63,143 bases of DNA, filler included, from Octopus bimaculoides (GCF_001194135.2; 9 parts of 7 records of this genome joined end to end with filler, not necessarily neighbours in it); one strand, 5' to 3'. Shown: positions 24,068-37,051, numbered from the whole stretch's first letter. Notes: generated by a model from the sequence alone, not told the origin. Numbers and translations: made by a program.

Positions 24068-24435
24068 CTTTTATTCTTTTATTTGTTTCAGTCATTTGAC
24101 TGCGGCCATGCTGGAGCACCGCCTTTGGTTGAACGAATCCACCCCAGGACTTATTCTTTGTAAGCCTAGTATTTATTCTATCGGACCCTTTTTCCGAATC
24201 GCTAAACTGCGTGGACGTAAACACACCAACATCGATTGTCAAAACACACACACACACTCACACACATGCACGCACACACACACACACACTCATACACATA
24301 TATACATATGCGATGGTCTTCTTTCAGTTTCCGTCTACCAATTCCACTCACAAGGCTTTGGTAGGCCCGAGGCTATAGTAGAAAACACTTGCTCAAGGTG
24401 CCATGCAGTGGGACTGAACCCGGAGCCATGTGGTT
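24068..24435 (-). mobile_element. SINE family A lacking the extreme 5' end
   Basis: Colinear with 16735-17134, with an expanded internal (CA)n. Confidence 0.9.
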
Positions 24436-25017
24436 CATCACAACCACCGCCATCACGACTATCATTACCACTATCATCACTACCACCAGTATCACCACAA
24501 TCATCATCATCATCATCGTCGTCGTCGTCATCATCATCACCACCAACATCACCATGTTCACCAACATACAATCATCATCATCATTATCATCATCATCACC
24601 ATCGCCATACCATATCGAGGTCGTCGTCGTCGTCGTCGTGGCTGTTGCCATTGTTAATACTTATTAAAAATAAACAGTAAAACATTTAAAAGAGAAAAAT
24701 AAAACAAAACTATTTTTTTAAATAACATTACGGTAGAATCTCCATTATTGTAAATGTAAAATCTCCCTCCCCCCAACCCTAACCCAACTTTCCTTACATT
24801 TCAATTGCTGGATCTCGAATAACAGGTCTATGACGAAAGCAACATGGTTGACTGAGTGTCTCTTGGTTTTCCGTAATGAGCATTCCTGCTTTGTAAGAAT
24901 AAATGAATGAGCATTCTTACATTCCTACATTCGGTAATTTCACATTGGTAAAAGGACACAAAATTATTTTTGTCTGAAAAGGAAACATATTTTGATTAAG
25001 TATGTCTTCTTTCATAT

Positions 25018-25019
<2 letters not shown>

Positions 25020-25088
<69 letters not shown>

Positions 25089-25800
25089 ATCTTGTTGCTT
25101 GTATGTGTATGTGTGTGTGTATATGTACGTGTACGTGTGTGTGCGTGTGTATGGTGTGTGTCTGCGTGTGTATGCATATATCTTTTGTTCGTGTGTGTGT
25201 GTGTGCATCTGTGTGCATGTATCTTCTTGCTTGCATGTATATGTATGTGTGTATGTGTACGTGTATGTGTGTGCGTGTGTACGGTGTGTGTAGTGTGTGT
25301 ATGCATATGTCTTTTGTTCGTGTGTGTGCATCTGTGTGCATGTATTTTCTTGCTTGTACGTATATGTGTGTGTGTGTATGCGTACGTGTATGTGTGTGTG
25401 CGTGTGTATGGTGTGTGTGGTGTGTGTGCGTGTGTATGCATATATCTTTTGTTCGTGTGTGTGCATATGTGTGCATGTATCTTCATACATATGTATGCGT
25501 TTGTCTGTGTGCGTATGTGAGCATGCGTATGTGTGTGTGTGTGTCTTTGTGTATAAGCGTGTGTATCTTCGTCGGTGCGTGTGTATGTGTTTGTACTTTG
25601 TGACTTCGTGTATGTGTGAGCAGATGTGTGTATGTGCATGTTTCTTTTAGTATGTGTCCATCTGAGTGTGTTTTTGTGTGTGTTTGTCAGTGTGTATGGA
25701 TGTGTGTATATGTCTTCGTATGTCTGCATGTGTGTGTACGTGTGTGTGTGTGTGTGTGTGTGCGTGTGTGTGTGTTTGTGCTCGCCTTCGCGTACGCGTA
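25020..25800. repeat. (TG)-based minisatellite with higher-order units of about 120-140 bp
   Basis: The marker gtatgcatat(a/g)tcttttgttcgtgtgtg recurs at about 25170, 25298 and 25434. Confidence 0.85.
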
Positions 25801-25973
25801 CGTGTGTTCTTGGGGTGGGGTGTAAATGCGGGTGTGTCCGTGTTGGGGAGAGAATGGAGGGTGGGAGGGAAGAGAGAATGGATAAAGGCGAGGAGATAGA
25901 GAGGAGAAAGATAGAAGGGGATGGGGTGGAGTAAGAGATGAATAGAGAAGGAGTGGGAAGTGAGGAGGAAGAA

Positions 25974-26006
<33 letters not shown>

Positions 26007-26309
26007 GAACAACAACAACAACTACCGCAACAACAATGATGATGATCCTGACGGCGACGAAGATTGGTGATCATCATCGTCATCATCATATTATAGATGA
26101 TGATGGTGATGTTATTCAAGATGATGATGATGATGGTGATGATGATGATGATGATTGTGGTGGTGGTGGTGGTGGTGATCCTCAGTTCAGAAACAAAAAT
26201 GAGTAGACCTATAATTAATTTAAAACGTTTCAACCGTGACCCTCCCGTATTGTGAGATGGCGGTAATCTAGGAATACGTATGATTTGAGGGAGGCTTGGC
26301 TGCACGATA

Positions 26310-26808
26310 GATTAAGTACCAGTTACACACTGGAGTCGATGTAATCGATTTAATCTCTTTGTCTGTCCTTGTTTGTCCCCTCTATGTTTAGCCCCTTGTG
26401 GGCAATAAAGAAATAAGAATCGTTAGCACGACGGGCGAAATGCTTAGAGGTTACCTTCTCGAGCGATGCCAGGTTCGTAAGGGCTGGTTTCCCGGTTTCA
26501 ATGGCATATAAATTCCCCACCTGGACCCTGGACANNNNNNNNNNNNNNNNNNNNNNNNNNNNNAATAAAGTGTTTTGCTTGAACACAACACGTCGCCGGG
26601 TCCAGGAATCGAAGCCACAATCTTACAACCATGAGTCTAACACCCTAACCACTAAGCCATGCGCCTCCATGTTAACATGTTGGACAAAACGCTTGGCGGC
26701 ATTTCGTCCGTTCTCACGTTCTGGGTTCAAATTCTGCCAAGGTCGACTTTGCCTTTCATCTTTTCAGGGCCAATAAAATAAGTACCAGTCAAATACTGGG
26801 GTCGATGC

Positions 26809-26810
<2 letters not shown>
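26310..26810. mobile_element. Cluster of nested or fragmented SINEs in both orientations
   Basis: SINE-B head aatcgttagcacgacgggcgaaatgcttag (about 26418), a minus-strand tRNA-like head (26570-26670, ...aaccactaagccatgcgcctcc) and a SINE-B body (26685-26805). Confidence 0.7.
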
Positions 26811-26866
<56 letters not shown>

Positions 26867-27425
26867 ACTGTCGTTGTTGTTGTTGTTGCTGCTGCAACTG
26901 CTGTTACTGTTGTTGTATTTGTTGTAGTTGTTGTCTTCGTCTTCGTCGTCGTGGTCGCCGTGAAGGTATGTGTGATGTTTTAAATTCCATCCTTCACCAC
27001 GTTTACATAAGTGTTCTTCAAAAGTTCTCAATATGTTGTTTAATCCTAATCGAAGGAGGCTTACAGCCATTCCGATTCCTTCATCGATCACAAAAGTCTT
27101 CTCTTTCAATATTGTCTCAAGATTCCTATTCAATGATTCTTTAACATGCTTTAGGGTATCTGATTCCAAACAGAATTCTTGTTGTTGTTGTTGTTGTTGT
27201 TCTTTGTTCTTTGAGTTGTTGTTGTAGCTGTTGTTTTTGTCTTTATATTTGTTTGTGTCCGCCATTGTTAGTTTTCTTTCTTTTTTTTTTGTTTTGTGCT
27301 TTTAGTTTTACCATTACTATTACGATTATCATTATTATTATTATTATTATTATTAATACTATTACCATCATCATCATCGTCGTCATCATCATCATCACCA
27401 TCATCATCATCACCATCATCATCCC

Positions 27426-27478
<53 letters not shown>

Positions 27479-28513
27479 CCATCATATTCTTCTTCTTCTT
27501 CTTCTTCTTCTCCTTCTTCTCCTTCTTCTTCTTCTTCTTCTTCTTCTTCTTCTTTTTCTTCTTCTTCTACTTCTTCTTCTTCATCGTCGTCGTCGTCGTC
27601 GTCGTCGTCATCATCACCACCACCANNNNNNNNNNNNNNNNNNNNNNNNNNNNNNNNNNNNNNNNNNNNNNNNNNNNNNNNNNNNNNNNNNNNNNNNNNN
27701 NNNNNNNNNNNNNNNNNNNNNNNNNNNNNNNNNNNNNNNNNNNNNNNNNNNNNNNNNNNNNNNNNNNNNNNNNNNNNNNNNNNNNNNNNNNNNNNNNNNN
27801 NNNNNNNNNNNNNNNNNNNNNNNNNNNNNNNNNNNNNNNNNNNNNNNNNNNNNNNNNNNNNNNNNNNNNNNNNNNNNNNNNNNNNNNNNNNNNNNNNNNN
27901 NNNNNNNNNNNNNNNNNNNNNNNNNNNNNNNNNNNNNNNNNNNNNNNNNNNNNNNNNNNNNNNNNNNNNNNNCCCCCCACCACCACCACCACCATCACCC
28001 CCATTACACTCACTGTGTAATGATAAAGATGATGATGACGACTCACCATCATCGTCATCATCATCATCATCATCATATTTATTGTTATTGCCGTCTCATT
28101 ACTGCCACCACGTCCGCCAACCCCATCATGACTTTTATTACTATCTTCACCATCGTCATCACCATCAGCAGTGTCGCCCACCCACCCCACTATCACCATT
28201 TCCACCACCACAACCAGCACCATCATCATCAACTTTATCATCGTCATAGTCATCGTCATCATCTTTATCGTCGTCGTCACCATCACTGCGATCATCATCA
28301 TCATCATGGTCATTAACGCCACTACTACCATCATCATCATCATCAACAACAACACCACCACCACCACCACACCACCACCACCACTACACCACCACCGCCA
28401 TCATCATCGTCATCATCATCATTATCAACACCATCACCACCATCATCATCATCATCGTCATCATTATCAACACCACCACCACCACCATCATCTTCATCGT
28501 CATTATCATCATC

Positions 28514-28544
<31 letters not shown>

Positions 28545-28660
28545 TCATTATCACTATTATTATCATCAACACCACCACCATCACCGCCATCATCATCATC
28601 GTCATCATCACAACCACCACCATCGTTAATATCATCATAATTATCGTTCTCATTTGGATT
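26810..28660. repeat. Mosaic of trinucleotide microsatellites (TTG, ATT, ATC, TTC, CAC) with one gap
   Basis: Directly visible; accounts for the homopolymeric ORFs here. Confidence 0.95.
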
Positions 28661-28699
28661 AATATTTCGATTGAAGCAAGCTTTTTCGTTGGCTTTGTG

Positions 28700-29010
28700 T
28701 CGACGCTAAGTTGTTTGTTAATAACACGGGGACAATGGTGGAGCTATTGAATAAAATCTAGTTGCCTGGGTAGATGCAGGTAGATCGAAGCAAATATCGG
28801 CAACGAGCGAACAAAAAGCGGGCGGCCATCTTGAAATAGATCTGCTGTCTGTCTATCGCTCGGTTTGCGTTCGCTAATATTAATAAAACAATCTAAGGTG
28901 ACAGAAGATATCGTCTGCTTCGTTTGAAAAATATTCAGAAGAACTCTATTCTACCAACAGACGAGTTTATTATTTCATATCGATAGTGGAAGGTGGGGGA
29001 AAAAGAGCGC
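28700..29010. promoter_or_regulatory. Unique CpG-rich islet with YY1-like and DRE-like motifs
   Basis: GGCGGCCATCTTG at 28821-28833 (reverse complement CAAGATGGCCGCC) and TATCGATA at 28978-28985, flanked by microsatellites. Confidence 0.3.
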
Positions 29011-29019
29011 GATGAGTAA

Positions 29020-29284
29020 CGAGTAGGAGGAGGAGGAGGGGGAGGATGAGGAGGAGGAGGAGGAGGAGAAGAAGAAGAAGAAGAAGAAGAAGAAGAAGAA
29101 GAAGAAGAAGAAGAAGAAGAAGAAGAAGAAGAAGAAGAATAAGAAGAAGAAGAAGAAGAAGAAGAAGAGGTGGGTGGCGTGAAGAAGGAACTATATACAA
29201 TCCTGAAAACCAGATGCATATAGCAGCGAAACGATAGCCCAAGTATACAAATAGATAGACAGACAGATAGATAGACAGATAAAC

Positions 29285-29348
<64 letters not shown>

Positions 29349-29460
29349 GAACGGATGGACGGAAAACTGGATGGATGGATGGATGGATGGATGGATGGAT
29401 GGATGGATGGACTGACGGACAGAATGATAGCTAGTTAAATCAATTGACTGACTGATAGAC
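29020..29460. repeat. (GGA)n(GAA)n and (AGAT)n(GGAT)n microsatellites
   Basis: Directly visible. Confidence 0.95.
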
Positions 29461-29950
29461 AAACAGACATACGAAATTATATCAACGATTTAAAGCATAA
29501 AAACAATTTTTAGAATGACAAAGAGCGAAAAGAGAAAGAAAATATATTAGACTAATTTCTTGGGCAAAGAAATATGATCATAATTGGCAAATATTTAAGC
29601 AAAAGACAGCCGCATTTAATTTCATATAATAAGGGAAGCAGGTTAAATTATAAGAACCAGAAATAAGAAACTCGTTAAGATGGTCGCTTTAAAATCTCGT
29701 AGTTTCGGGTTGAAGCCCACAGTGCGCCACCTTGGGCAAGTGTTATCTCTAATTTCCTCGGACCGACCAATGCCTTGTCAGTGAATTTATTTGACAGAAG
29801 CATACATACATATGTATGTATGTATGTATGTTTGTATGTATGTTTGTATGTTTGTATGTATGTATGCATGCATGTATGCATGCATGCATGCATGTATGTA
29901 TATATATATATGTCTATGTATGTGTGTATATATATATATATACGTCTATG

Positions 29951-29983
<33 letters not shown>

Positions 29984-29984
<1 letters not shown>

Positions 29985-30068
29985 CGAAGGATGTATGAAA
30001 AGTCTTAAGCCTCAAAACATGGTACAAGACTTCTGATGAAGGCTCAAAACTTTTCATACACCCTTCGT
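29984..30068. mobile_element. 85-bp mariner/Tc1-type MITE
   Basis: 29-bp imperfect TIRs: ACGAAGGATGTATGAAAAGTCTTAAGCCT (29984-30012) and AGGCTCAAAACTTTTCATACACCCTTCGT (30040-30068). The left end sits in (TA)n. Confidence 0.8.
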
Positions 30069-30090
30069 TCTCTGTTTATTTTCTCGTGTT

Positions 30091-30128
30091 TCTTTCTGTT
30101 GAAGAGCATAGGCTCGAAACGTAAAAGA
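30091..30128 (+). ncRNA. Minimal type I hammerhead-like motif (A6U lesion, extra A after A9)
   Basis: TCTTT / CTGTTGA / A / GAGC atag GCTC / GAA / ACGT palindrome / A / AAAGA. Stem I has 5 bp, stem II has 4 bp, and the triplet is GUA. Confidence 0.5.
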
Positions 30129-30264
30129 CTTTCTCACCTTCCCGAGCGTCAAACTAATACACCTGTTCGTAGTTTACACACCTGTCTTCGTCTTTTGTTT
30201 TGTTTTGTTTTGTTTTTTTGTAAATTCCAACTATATATATATATATATATATATATATGTTTGT

Positions 30265-30660
30265 GATCCCCTTCGGCCATGAATGACCATGGGATTGCAC
30301 CTAAAGAATTACCCTCCAAGGAACAAGCTCCAAGGGAACGGCAAAGGCTGATACAGCTTTGGCACCAGTGACGTCGCAACTCATCTCTACAGCTGAGTGG
30401 ACTAGAGCAACGCGAAATAAAGTGTCTTGCTCAAGGACACAACACGCAGCTAGACAAAGCGGCGCTGCGATCTGACAACTGGAACCCTCGACGTCGTAAG
30501 CGACGGAGTGCCAACAACAAATATAGGCACAAGGCCTGAAATCATAGCGAAAGGCAGAGTCGACCTCGGCAGAATTTGAACTCAAAAAACATAGAACCGG
30601 GAGAAATGCTGCAAAGCGTTTTGTCCAGCATGCTAACGATTCTGCCAGCTCGCCACCTCT
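30265..30660 (-). mobile_element. Two SINE fragments (a third family at 30265-30475; internally deleted family B at 30515-30660)
   Basis: gagtggactagagcaacgcgaaataaagtgtcttgctcaaggacacaacacgc, and gtcgacctcggcagaatttgaactc...gctaacgattctgccagctcgcc. Confidence 0.7.
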
Positions 30661-30679
30661 TTGATGACGTTAATAATTG

Positions 30680-30964
30680 CAATGACAATAATGATGACGA
30701 TGATGATGAAATTAATAATGATAATGAAGACGACAATAATGAGGATAACGATCATATTTACGATGTTACTAATGATGATGAAAGCGGTAATGAGCAAAAT
30801 TATGATTATGACAATGGTGATAATGATGGTTAATAATGATAATGACGAAAATTATAATGGCAATGAAGATAAAGAAGATAAGGATAATAATAAAGATAAT
30901 CATAATGACAATAATAATAATGATAATGAGGATAATGATTATTACAATGATAATCATGTAGATA

Positions 30965-31001
<37 letters not shown>

Positions 31002-31560
31002 ATCTCACAGTCCCTCAGCCAGCAAACGATGGACTCCTCCACGATCATTCAACCATATCACCCTTATGGGATATTCGTCATTTCACCCCATCTATTCCCT
31101 CATTTTCCCATTTCAAAATTTACTTATAAATACATATATATTCCCTCTCCTTCTTCTTCTTCTTCTTCTTCTTCTTTTTCTTCTTCTCCTCCTCCTCCTT
31201 TTCCTTCTACTTTTTCTGCTTCTTGTTCTTCTCCTTGTTCTTCTCCTTGTTCTCCTTTTTCTTCTTCGTATTCATCATCTTTTTCCTCATTTCTTCGTCC
31301 TCTTCCTTCTTCTCCTTCCCCCTCATCTTCTTCATCATTTTCTTCCTCTTTTCCTCCTCCTCATCCTCTTTGCCATCATCATCATCGTTGTCATAATCCT
31401 CATCAACAACATTCTTCTTCATTATCATCATCATCATCATCATCATCCTTTTCCCCCTTCTCTTCTCCTCCTCCTTCTTCTTCAACATCTTTTTTCGCTT
31501 TCCTTCCTCCTCTTCCTCCTTCTGTTTCTCTTTCTCCTTCTTCTCTCTTTCCTCTTTCTA
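30680..31560. repeat. Degenerate (GAT/AAT)n and (CTT/CCT)n low-complexity sequence
   Basis: Directly visible. Confidence 0.92.
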
Positions 31561-32099
31561 TTCCCATTGTCGCTATTGTCGCCATCAAGGTGCCGTTCTT
31601 TCTTTCTATCTACCTTTCTAATTATTTGTATATTTATTCTTCCTCAGTTCAATGGCATCGACCACCAGCCGAGTCGTAGCATTCACCTAGGTTTTCTCCC
31701 CCTCTTGTAATATACATGCACACATATATAGATATATACATACACACATACATATATCTATGCATTCATACATATACAAATACATACATATATATATATA
31801 TTTACACACACAAATACATACACACATACATACATCTATCTACCCATCCACCCGATATACTACATACACGTATATACACACATACACGCATACATACTCG
31901 CACACATAAATACATTCATGTATACGTACAAACGTACATATACTTACACACACACTTAAATACATTCATACATGTATGCATACATACATACATATATACA
32001 TACATACACGTGTAAATACATATATACATATATATACACATAAACACATACAAGCGCACCCAAGCACACACACACATGCATACACGAACGCTCGCACGC

Positions 32100-32240
32100 A
32101 TGCACATCGATGGATGGAAGGCGCGCGCTTTCGGAATATAAAAATCGACAGAACTGAAACAAAATGCGGCCAAACTGACTGAACTTTTCACATCTGTACC
32201 AAGGTTTTTGCGAGTAACATGGCAACCGAACGGCATGGCA
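32100..32240 (+). promoter_or_regulatory. Short unique islet with TATA-like and RFX X-box-like motifs
   Basis: GGCGCGCG, TATAAAA at 32137-32143, and GTAACATGGCAAC at 32214-32226 (fits GTNRCN-N0-3-RGYAAC). Confidence 0.25.
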
Positions 32241-32680
32241 TTGATCAGCAAGAGAGAGAGACAGACAGAGAGAGAGAGACAGACAGAGAGAGAGAGAAAG
32301 AGAGAACAGGACAAGAGAAGAGCCAAGAGAAAGTGAGAGAGACAGAGATAGAGAATGGGGTGAAGGAGAACGAACAGACAAGGGAGAGAATAAGAGTGAA
32401 GGAAGAGCAAGCGAAACCCTGTCGTCTGGCTCTGCTGGATATTTGATGTGCAAGAAATGAACGAATACAATGGCATAATCCAGGGAACTTTAAAGATCAT
32501 CTCTCCTACGGGAAATAACTTTATCCAAATTTATTCATCTAAACATCACAGATAACTCACAATTAACAAGCTCCCTTGAGTTTTCTCGACCAATTTTTAA
32601 TGTTTTTATGCTTCCCGTCGACGTCGTTATTATGGTCGTCGTCGTCGTTTTTGTTGTTGTTGTTTACCATTGTCATTGTT

Positions 32681-32717
<37 letters not shown>

Positions 32718-32925
32718 CATTATAGCCGCTGTTATTTGTAATTATTACAGTTGTTTTTATTGTTATTGTTAGTGTCTGTGGTTGGTGGTGGTGGTAGTGG
32801 TGGTGGTGGTGGTAGTGGTGGTGGTNNNNNNNNNNNNNNNNNNNNNNNNNNNNNNNNNNNNNNNNNNNNTTAATTAATTAANNNNNNNNNNNNNNNNNNN
32901 NNNNNNNNNNNNNNNNNNNNNNNNN

Positions 32926-33520
32926 ATGTATGTATGTATGTATGTATGTATGCATGCATGCATGCATGTATGTATGTATGTATGTATGTATGTATGCATG
33001 TATGTATGCATGCATGCATGTATGTATGTATGTATGCATGTATGTATGTATGCATGCATGCATGTATGTATGCATGTATGTATGTATGTATGTATGTATG
33101 TATGTATGCATGTATGTATGCATGCATGCATGCATGCATGTATGTATGTATGTATGTATGTATGCATGTATGTATGCATGCATGCATGCATGTATGTATG
33201 TATGTATGTATGTATGTATGCAGTAGGTAATTCATACCCCCATGTATGTAGGCAAATGGAGACGGATAAGTACATAGTATGAAAACACACAAACACGAAC
33301 ACACAAACGCACAAACACATGAATATGCAGAATACATACATATAAATGTACATACTACATACATATATACATACGCACGTTCGCACACACATGCATACAT
33401 ATAGACATACGCGAACACACATACATACATGCATACACACACTTACATGCATGCATGCATACATGCATACATACATACATGTGTATGCGCACACACACTG
33501 ACCCACACACATATGCACAA
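32926..33520. repeat. (ATGT)n/(ATGC)n microsatellite and its complementary type
   Basis: Directly visible. Confidence 0.95.
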
Positions 33521-36198
33521 ACAAGCAAAAAGAACGCAGCTCGGATAATGGACAGCGTCAACAGCTATTGAAAAGGTTGCAAGACGCAACGAAAATTTTA
33601 GAAAGATAAATAAATGAGTGGAAACTTTACCGGTGAATGTGTTAAATTATAAGGTACTAAAAGAGAATGACTCTTCCCAGACACAACACTGTATATATAT
33701 ATATATATATATATATATNNNNNNNNNNNNNNNNNNNNNNNNNNNNNNNNNNNNNNNNNNNNNNNNNNNNNNNNNNNNNNNNNNNNNNNNNNNNNNNNNN
33801 NNNNNNNNNNNNNNNNNNNNNNNNNNNNNNNNNNNNNNNNNNNNNNNNNNNNNNNNNNNNNNNNNNNNNNNNNNTATATATGTACACACACATACAAACG
33901 TGCAACCGAATAGAACCCTTCAGAAATGGTTAAGTAATGTAACATCCAATTTCTTAATTCTTAATAATTTTGGGACTCTAAGAATGAGGAATTTTTTGGG
34001 CTTCAAATAGTCTGCAGAACAACTTGATGTCTGCAACGTAGGAAATGTATGGTTTTGAGAAAAACACAATTTTTCACAGAAATTTATTTAGCGCAAAATA
34101 AAAGATGTGCACTCATAATTATGTGATTATATAAACAAATTATCTTTGAAGCTAGTTAGTGCAACAGATGTTCTGAGTTAGGGAAGCGAGGAAAATGAGC
34201 ACTTAGTTTGTAAACAAAGCTAAACTGCGTTGGTACATTAATGTAAACATGAAATTGAAAGAATCATTTGCTATTAGCTGTTTCGATACTGGAGTAAAAA
34301 CTAGAATTAGTTTATGATAAAAGGGGTTTAATAATAGAGATAATATAATTATAATATTATCATAGGCTGAAGAGAATGGTATTTTTATTTATATATCTTA
34401 CACCAGGCAGATCTGATTACATAATTTCATTTTCATTTTGTGACATGGTAACGGTGACGGTAACTCTTCATAAAAACAATCTCTTCTTAGTGTATCAGCC
34501 AGATTATAGCCTTCTTAGTACCCTCTCTGCGCACATATACTATGGTCTGCATCTAAGGAAAAGTCAGTTGCTGGTAAGCATTTTTCACCCTGCATCTAAG
34601 AAAAAGTCACTTGTTATTAAGCATTTTACACTCTGCATCTCCGTAAAATGAGCTTAGCAGGACACAAATCAAATTGTATATTCCTAAGCTCGTTACTGTC
34701 GCAACAGCAACAGATTAAGCTCTTTTGATATGGTTAAATCAATGTCACTCGCTTATCATACTTCTATACCATCATACATCTATACCACTATAAAATTTTC
34801 CGAAACCGTTTTGCTTTCGCATGTTCTGAAACGTACTTCTCACACTAGATTTCCTAATCTACAACAGCATAACATTGATTTTTTCAACATTCCTTGTTCC
34901 GCCACTCAGAAGACCAAGGGATAACAGTTAAACAGTGGAATACAGCTCTTTTGAAACAACAACAAAAATACAAATTCAATTCTAATTAACGACAAGGTAA
35001 ACGGAAGGAATGCTACGCATGAGAGACAGTATGCTACGCGAAGAACAAATTGGTATCTGCACCGAGCACTCGTACAGAATAGATAATTTAATTGAGACAT
35101 TTTTATCGATAAATATGGAGAATACTAGGTCTTCCTGGTCATCGGTTTCCTAGACTTTATCAAGGGTTTCAGTAGTGTGTATTGATTGTCATTTTTCTAA
35201 GATCGCCCTCTAGTATAGCATTTCAGAAAAAGAGAATGTCAGCAGATATATATATATATATATGTATGTTTATATACATGCATACACACACACATATATG
35301 TCTATAAATAAACACACACACACACACACACACANNNNNNNNNNNNNNNNNNNNNNNNNNNNNNNNNNNNNNNNNNNNTTAATTAATTAANNNNNNNNNN
35401 NNNNNNNNNNNNNNNNNNNNNNNNNNNNNNNNNNTATATATACATTTATATTTGTGTGTGTGTGTGTGTGTGTATTCTTCGTTTGCGTTGCCACGCCTCT
35501 CAGACGACATAGTCATCCAAAACGAGTGGAATGATGAGCTGGTCTTCCTCTTCATGCGCATTGATTTGTAAATATACGATTGTATTGTATAATGCATAGC
35601 ATGCATATTAGTACAAACATTTAAGCAAATTTCACATTAAAATCATTATTCCATAAATAATGTTGCGAAACGGCTGTAATCTAATATTCAGGATGAGAAG
35701 TAGTTATGCAAATATATTCATCTCTCATATTGTTCATGAATATATTTGCATACATACATATGTACATAAATATGTGTGTGTGTGTGTGTGTGTATGTATG
35801 TGTGTGAATGTATGTGCGCGTGTGCGTGTGAGTAAAAAAATTACTGAATCACAAGAGAACAAGAATTTCTTAATAAACTTCTTTAACTTACTGCTGTTTC
35901 TTTTATAAGATAAAGTGCACTCAGAGTTCATTACTTGTGCACCACTTTAAAACTTCATTAGAACTACTAAAATAGAGCGCAAATCTATTTGGGAAAGCAT
36001 TTAAAAACATGACACGCAGTAAAGAGTTTGAAGGACATAAGCCACAGCCAGAAATATGCAGCCTTAGATAATTTTGTGTCTATCAATATATCTGGGAGGG
36101 AATTCTTTCCTTGAAATTCTATATTTGGTTTCATACGTATTTTTATATTTTGAGTTCGAACACCAGGTTATTAGTCATGCTATACCTAAGCGAAATTT

Positions 36199-36270
<72 letters not shown>

Positions 36271-36766
36271 CGATCTACTTAGAGTATGGTAGACGAGTTC
36301 AGAAAAAATTTAGATTCAGGTGAATATGGTACTTAAGTTTAGGCACCAGAATTTAGTACGGTATTATCCATTCAATTTCAAAGTAAGGTGATTAAAATCA
36401 AAATAAGCAACAAGGATATCCAGAGGTAATGCAGCACGATCGTTTCATGCAACTCCATTTAATTGAACAATGTAATCATTACATCAATTTAAAATGCAGA
36501 GCACTCTTCCGCTGCACAAAGACATGTATATATATATGTTAATACATATATTTATATATATGTATATTTATATATATATGTGTATATGTCTATGTGTGAG
36601 AGTGTTTGTGTTTGTATTTGACCCCACACTACCCCGTCAATATGTGCTGATTTCAAAAACGGTAGAAGTAAGGGTTAAGTTCAACTAATTTCTATCGTTT
36701 TTGAAATAAGCACATGTTTTCAACGTTCTTATAAGTTGAGTTGAATTTAACCCTAGGCGCATTAAA

Positions 36767-36826
36767 AGCCACTGACGAGAATTAAGATGTTCTACATCAT
36801 AATTCGAAATCACTAGTGATGTGGCT
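36767..36826 (+). ncRNA. Type I hammerhead ribozyme fold, canonical except G at cleavage position 17
   Basis: Stem I AGCCA/TGGCT; core CTGACGA 36772-78; stem II GAATTA-a-GATGT tct ACATC-a-TAATTC; GAAA 36806-09; stem III perfect palindrome ATCACTAGTGAT 36809-36820; G at 36821. Confidence 0.8.
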
Positions 36827-37005
36827 ATGTCTGCGACCTTAAGGAGCTTTGTTTCTCTTGTCACCTTATTAAGACAGTGGTCTTGTGGCTGAGTCGATTT
36901 GACTCTTCTTTCTAGCAACGCCGGTACCACTTTTTACCCTCTCTCTCTCTCTCTCTCCCTCTCTCTCTCTCCCTCTCTCTCTCTGTATACACACACACAC
37001 ACACA

Positions 37006-37051
<46 letters not shown>

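Noticed and set aside
24917-26305. 462-aa His/Thr-rich ORF and the many other long homopolymeric or dipeptide ORFs
   Set aside because: These are translations of CA/TG and trinucleotide microsatellites or N gaps, with no domain motifs or splice context.
30034-30050. CTGATGAAGGCTCAAAAC as another hammerhead
   Set aside because: It overlaps the right TIR of the 85-bp MITE and lacks GAAA and stems.
36435-36450. Minus-strand GAAACGATCGTG palindrome resembling hammerhead stem III
   Set aside because: No CUGANGA core upstream.
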